From: Candidatus Xenobia bacterium
GTDB lineage: Bacteria; Vulcanimicrobiota; Xenobia; Xenobiales; QWHO01
DNA: 10,969 nt
Assembly: GCA_045863235.1 (NCBI GenBank)
Contig: BTUM01000143.1
Span: 1-10,969, forward strand
Reading direction: 5' to 3'
Shown in pieces: positions 7,210-10,969 of this stretch. The translations under genes and the position numbers were made by a program. Within the stretch, counting starts at the first letter, position 1, and each line of letters opens with the position of its first letter. The notes beneath the pieces are model-generated. The model saw nothing but the letters and a program-made list of their open reading frames with translations, was not told the DNA's origin and made no database searches.

Positions 7210-7343
7210 AACCTGGTAACATTTTGTTCATTTAGTTAACAAATGGGGGCTATCTGAGCTACCACACCGTCCACCAGCATCACGACCCTCACATCGCCCA
7301 GCCCCGGCCTCCCCTGCCCGGCGGTCCCGGCCCTCAGTCGGGG

Positions 7344-10300
7344 ATGCAGACCGGCAACGCGATGCTGTTTGGCCCCCAGGTGCCGGGGCAGTTCGGCAAT
7401 TTTGCGCCGATGATGGACCCGATGCTGATGGCCGTGCTGCTCGAGCAGTTCACCCAGTCGCACGCTCCTCCCGGCCAGAGCGAGATGCTGCGTCCGGGTC
7501 CCCAGCACTACCCGCAACCGACTTCCTCCAACAAGGAATCGCGCACCGGTCTGCAGGCTTCGGGTTTCGAGGCCTACGGGATGGATGAGGCCGAGAGCGA
7601 GGCAGAGCCCCCCGCCTACCAATCCACCGGCTTCCGGGTGCCCGATCGGGGTGCCGCTCGCCGCTACCCGCCCTTCCAGGACATGCAGAATTCTGCCCGT
7701 CAGCGGGGCGCCCGCGACGACTCGCTGATCGCTCCCCGCTCGAGCAAGTGGGAGGACCAGGCCACCATGGGTCGGCTCGACCATCTCACCCACCTGTCGG
7801 GGGGCGAGCTGGCCGAGGCCATCCTGCAGGCCAGCCCCGAGCAGCGTGAGCGCATTACCGAAGGGGAGACCCGGCTCGAGGCTCTGTTGCGCGAGGAGGA
7901 GGAGCACGGTCATCCCGTGCCCATGTCCCGCCAGCGCATGATGTATGCCCAGAACCTGGAGGATCTGCACCAGCAGGGGCTGGTCGATCCCGATCTGGGG
8001 CAGCGCAATCGCGAATACATGCAACTGCTCGAGACCCGCGACCGCTCGGCCATCGACTACGGGCTCAAGCATGGCTACGGTCCTCCCGTTGGGGCCGACC
8101 CGGCCCAGGTGCAGGAGTCGGCCTTCAACGCCGAGCGTCGTCCGGCTGCCCAGGCCCAGGCTGCCAACCCGGTCAGCCAGGAGCGTCAGGGCTTCAAGGA
8201 CGTCAAGCTCGACAAATGGGGCGAGGGCAAGAACTCCAGCACCTGGGGAGCGCTGCGCTCGGCCGGTTGGTCCGACCGGGAGATCATCGAGAACAAACTG
8301 GTCGACCAGGTGGCCGAGTTGAACGGGCTGCAGGATCCTTCCAAGGTCCAGGCCGGCCAGACCCTCAAGATCCCCACCCGGGGAGGACAGGGCGGCGAGC
8401 AGCAGGGAGCCCTCTACCAGGCCGATGGGGGGCCGGCCCACCGTACTCCGACCTGGGAGCAACCCTCTCGCCCGGCCCAGACTGCTCAAGGGCCCCGGCA
8501 GCCGGCTCCGACCGCTCAGCCGGCCCCTCAACCCCCCGAGAAGAAGGCCCCCCCCTACGACCCCTCCAAGGACGCCACCGCTCTCTACAAGTCGATGAAT
8601 GGCGGACTGCTCGGCGCCGGCACCGATGAGGACGCCCTTTTCAAAGCACTGGAGGGCAAGACTCCCGATCAGATCAAAGCCATTCGTGCCCACTACAAGG
8701 ACCACTACGATCGCGACCTGGACGCCGACCTCAAGGGCGACCTGAGCGGCAAGGAGCTGAGCCGGGCTCAGGAGCTGCTCAAGGGCAACCAGGCGGCGGC
8801 TGACGCGGACAAGCTCAACCACGCCATGAAGGGCGGCTTCCTCGGCATGGGCACCGACGAGGACGCCATCCACAAGACCTTCGAGGGCAAGACCGAGGAG
8901 CAGCGCAAGGCCATTCTGGACGAATACCAGAAGCGCAACAACGGGGTGGCCTTGAGCGAGCACCTCAAGCAAGAGCTGTCCGGTGCCGAGCTCGACCGGG
9001 CCACCGCCCTGGTCGAGGGGAATCAGGCCAAAGCCGACGCCGCCGCCATGCGCCACGCCATGAAGGGTGGCTTTCTGGGCATGGGCACGGACGAGCAGGC
9101 CGTCTACCAGGCTCTCGAGGGTAAGGACAAGACCCAGCGTGACGCCATTCTCAAGGCTTACAGCGACCAGTATGACGGGGCCAACCTGCGCACCGACATC
9201 GAGGGCGAGTTCTCCAAGGCCGAGTTGGACCGGGCCAACGCTCTGCTCGACGGCAACAAGGTGGCCGCCGACGCGGCCGCCCTCGAGCACGCCACCCGGG
9301 GTGGCACCTTCGGCCCTGACAAGGACGGCATCTACCAGGCCTTCCAGGGCAAGTCGGAGGATGAGCGCCAGGCCCTGCGCGCCGCCTACGAGGAGAAGTA
9401 CGGCAGCCTGGACGCGGCGCTGCAGAGCCAGCTCATCGGCAACGACCTGGAGAAGGCCAACAAGCTGGTTCAGAACGGCCAGCTCACCGACGCCGAGCGC
9501 CTCAAATACGCCGTGGAGGGCGCCGGAACGGACGAGGATGAGATCAAGGCTGTTCTGGCCGGCAAGAGCAAAGAGGAGATCGATGCTCTGCGCGCCGACT
9601 ATCGCACTCTCACCAAGCGCGAGCTGGACGGCGACCTGGAGTCGGATCTCTCGGGACGCGACGCCTTCGACGCCCGGATGGACCTCAAGGGTCGCCCGAC
9701 CTCGGCCGAAGAGGCCGTGGACCGCCAGAACGAACGCTGGCAGTATGAGCGGGGCGGGTGGGGCAACACCATCAGCCGCCTGTTCGTAGACGGGTTCTCC
9801 GACAAGGGCGAGCTGCTCGATCGCAACACGGCTCGGGCCAACGATCAGCTCGAGCGGGTCGAGCAGCTGCGCTCCGAGGGACGCCACGCCGAGGCGGCCG
9901 AGGCCGAGCAGCGCCTCTCGCAGCTCGTCGACTACGCCAGCGACGATGTGGCCACCTATCGCGAGGCCAAGGACAGCGCTGCCGAGACGGCCGGCACGGT
10001 GGCCGCCACGGCAGCCTCGGTGGCGGTGGTGGTGGGCACGGCCGGCACGGCCACCCCGCTGGTAGTGGCGGGTTTGGCGGCCACCGCGGGCGCGGGCGCC
10101 AAAGTGATGACCTCAGGTGCAATTCAGGGTCAGGGGTATGGATGGGAAGGGGCCCTCTCCGACGCCGGGACGGGTGCGATCGACGGTGTTGCCACCGCGG
10201 TCGGCGCGAAAGCTGGCGCGGTTGCGGCCCAATCGGTGGGCAAGGCCATGGCCAGGCAGGCCGCCACGGAGACGGGCACGGCTGCCACGCGCAGCCTGGG

Positions 10301-10969
10301 CACGCGCGTGGCCATGGGCGCCGCCGAAGGCGCCGTCGACGGGACGGTCGGCGGCGCCCTGGGTGGGGCGGGGGCCACCGCCGCCAATGAGGGCACCTGG
10401 AAGGACGGCCTGGGAGAGGGCCTCAAGCGGGTCGGCACCGGCACCGCAATGGGGGCCGGGCTGGGCCTGGCCGCCGGTGGCGTGGTGGGCGGGGGCATTC
10501 CGGCCGCCGGCGCGGCCGTGCAGAAGACCGCCCAACTCGGCGGCGAGGCGGCCACCTGGAGCCGCCAGCAGATGGCCAACGCGGGGGACGCGCTGCGCAC
10601 CGGCGGCGAGCGCTTGAGGCAGGCGGGCAAGGATTTTTACGACTTTGGCATGGAGGGGGGACTGATCGGCAAGCGGTTGCGTGCCAACGCTGACAACGTC
10701 GATGGCCCGGTGGTCCCGCGCGCCGAGCCGGAAGCTCCGCTGGCTCCCAAAGCCGAGCCCGAGCCGGTGGCTCCCAGGGGCGAAGAACCCGCGGCTCCTA
10801 GGGCCGAGCCCGAGCAGCCGGTGGCTCCCAAAGCCGAGCCCGAGCCAGTGGCTCCCAAGGGCGAAGAGCCCGCGGCTCCTAAGGCCGAGCCCGAGCAGCC
10901 GGTGGCTCCCAAAGCCGAGCCCGAGCCAGTGGCTCCCAAGGGCGAAGAGCCCGCGGCTCCTAAGGCCGA
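7344..10969 (+). CDS. Large multidomain LysM / annexin-repeat / hydrophobic-domain protein; putative secreted membrane-targeting effector or toxin (3'-partial, >1,208 aa)
   Basis: Frame 3 is stop-free from 7236 (after TAG at 7233) to the window end with strongly GC3-biased codons. The first in-frame ATG is 7344; CTG 7254 is an alternative. It is absent from the ORF track, which shows only its antisense shadow. Domains were recognised by manual translation. The effector role is inference. Confidence 0.93.
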   Translation, partial: MQTGNAMLFGPQVPGQFGNFAPMMDPMLMAVLLEQFTQSHAPPGQSEMLRPGPQHYPQPTSSNKESRTGLQASGFEAYGMDEAESEAEPPAYQSTGFRVPDRGAARRYPPFQDMQNSARQRGARDDSLIAPRSSKWEDQATMGRLDHLTHLSGGELAEAILQASPEQRERITEGETRLEALLREEEEHGHPVPMSRQRMMYAQNLEDLHQQGLVDPDLGQRNREYMQLLETRDRSAIDYGLKHGYGPPVGADPAQVQESAFNAERRPAAQAQAANPVSQERQGFKDVKLDKWGEGKNSSTWGALRSAGWSDREIIENKLVDQVAELNGLQDPSKVQAGQTLKIPTRGGQGGEQQGALYQADGGPAHRTPTWEQPSRPAQTAQGPRQPAPTAQPAPQPPEKKAPPYDPSKDATALYKSMNGGLLGAGTDEDALFKALEGKTPDQIKAIRAHYKDHYDRDLDADLKGDLSGKELSRAQELLKGNQAAADADKLNHAMKGGFLGMGTDEDAIHKTFEGKTEEQRKAILDEYQKRNNGVALSEHLKQELSGAELDRATALVEGNQAKADAAAMRHAMKGGFLGMGTDEQAVYQALEGKDKTQRDAILKAYSDQYDGANLRTDIEGEFSKAELDRANALLDGNKVAADAAALEHATRGGTFGPDKDGIYQAFQGKSEDERQALRAAYEEKYGSLDAALQSQLIGNDLEKANKLVQNGQLTDAERLKYAVEGAGTDEDEIKAVLAGKSKEEIDALRADYRTLTKRELDGDLESDLSGRDAFDARMDLKGRPTSAEEAVDRQNERWQYERGGWGNTISRLFVDGFSDKGELLDRNTARANDQLERVEQLRSEGRHAEAAEAEQRLSQLVDYASDDVATYREAKDSAAETAGTVAATAASVAVVVGTAGTATPLVVAGLAATAGAGAKVMTSGAIQGQGYGWEGALSDAGTGAIDGVATAVGAKAGAVAAQSVGKAMARQAATETGTAATRSLGTRVAMGAAEGAVDGTVGGALGGAGATAANEGTWKDGLGEGLKRVGTGTAMGAGLGLAAGGVVGGGIPAAGAAVQKTAQLGGEAATWSRQQMANAGDALRTGGERLRQAGKDFYDFGMEGGLIGKRLRANADNVDGPVVPRAEPEAPLAPKAEPEPVAPRGEEPAAPRAEPEQPVAPKAEPEPVAPKGEEPAAPKAEPEQPVAPKAEPEPVAPKGEEPAAPKA
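8202..8375 (+). other. LysM-like (peptidoglycan/GlcNAc-binding) domain within the large ORF
   Basis: Translation: VKLDKWGEGKNSSTWGALRSAGWSDREIIENKLVDQVAELNGLQDPSKVQAGQTLKIP. The C-terminal half matches the LysM consensus (l..lN.l..p..i..GQ.L.IP); the N-terminal half is divergent, with insertions. Confidence 0.75.
8556..9692 (+). repeat. Five tandem annexin repeats (71-78 aa): 8556-8786, 8787-9020, 9021-9254, 9255-9479, 9480-9692
   Basis: Each repeat follows DA..L..AM.G.GTDE..I...L.G....Q...I...Y...Y..DL..DL..(D/E)LSG. Examples: DATALYKSMNGGLLGAGTDEDALFKALEGKTPDQIKAIRAHYKDHYDRDLDADLKGDLSG and DAERLKYAVEGAGTDEDEIKAVLAGKSKEEIDALRADYRTLTKRELDGDLESDLSG. Confidence 0.93.
9987..10523 (+). other. 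Gly/Ala/Thr/Val-rich hydrophobic region (putative membrane-inserting hairpin and glycine zippers)
   Basis: A run of 38 uncharged residues, TAGTVAATAASVAVVVGTAGTATPLVVAGLAATAGAGA (9987-10100), and a run of 31, VGTGTAMGAGLGLAAGGVVGGGIPAAGAAVQ (10431-10523), flank a GxxxG-rich segment (GAAEGAVDGTVGGALGGAG). Confidence 0.7.
10743..10969 (+). repeat. 81-bp coding tandem repeat (27 aa, APKAEPEPVAPKGEEPAAPKAEPEQPV), at least 2.8 copies, truncated by the window end
   Basis: Units start at 10743, 10824 and 10905. Units 2 and 3 are identical over the 65 nt visible; unit 1 differs at 4 positions. A degenerate partial unit precedes them (~10719-10742). Confidence 0.95.

Noticed and set aside
5645..7231. 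ORFs 5645..6280, 5926..6777, 6045..6569, 6350..7231, 6758..7219 and others
   Set aside because: Off-frame or antisense to the 461-aa zinc-ribbon gene, with low-complexity or shadow-type composition.
7225..7241. TGT-N11-ACA as a specific TnrA/GlnR or NifA site
   Set aside because: It mismatches TGTNA-N7-TNACA at position 5, has the wrong spacing for NifA (N10), and there is no nitrogen-related context. Kept only as a generic operator candidate.
7236..9887. 883-aa minus-strand ORF in the track
   Set aside because: It is the codon-aligned antisense shadow of the + strand LysM/annexin ORF. Its L/V/G-rich translation has no motifs, while the + frame has clear domains.
7945..10939. Short ORFs on both strands inside the large + ORF (e.g. 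9067..9789, 9758..10390, 10130..10630, 10637..10939)
   Set aside because: Alternative frames of the annexin gene; the repeat in 10637..10939 is simply the reverse reading of the 81-bp VNTR.
10743..10969. Tandem repeat considered as a CRISPR array
   Set aside because: The units are contiguous with no unique spacers, their length is a multiple of 3, they are in frame in a CDS, and no cas genes are visible.

Overview
GC-rich bacterial DNA with six probable protein genes on alternating strands. I found no RNA genes, CRISPR array or mobile-element hallmarks. The main feature is missing from the supplied ORF track because it has no stop in the window: a + strand frame-3 ORF open from 7236 to the window end (>1,200 aa). 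My hand translation gives a disordered P/Q/G-rich N-terminus with no Sec signal, a LysM-like domain, five tandem annexin repeats (four retaining the GxGT-(38/39)-D/E Ca2+ site), a Gly/Ala-rich hydrophobic membrane-insertion-like region, and an 81-bp tandem Pro/Glu/Ala/Lys repeat that runs off the end. This looks like a Ca2+/phospholipid-targeted secreted effector or toxin. The other genes are a 901-aa internally repeated hypothetical protein (-), a class A FAD-dependent monooxygenase (+), a 254-aa hypothetical protein (-), a small C39-peptidase-like protein lacking the catalytic Cys (+), and a 461-aa helical zinc-ribbon protein (-). Two AT-rich divergent intergenic regions share GT(A/T)AA/C-type repeats. 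All domain calls are by-eye motif matches, not database results.
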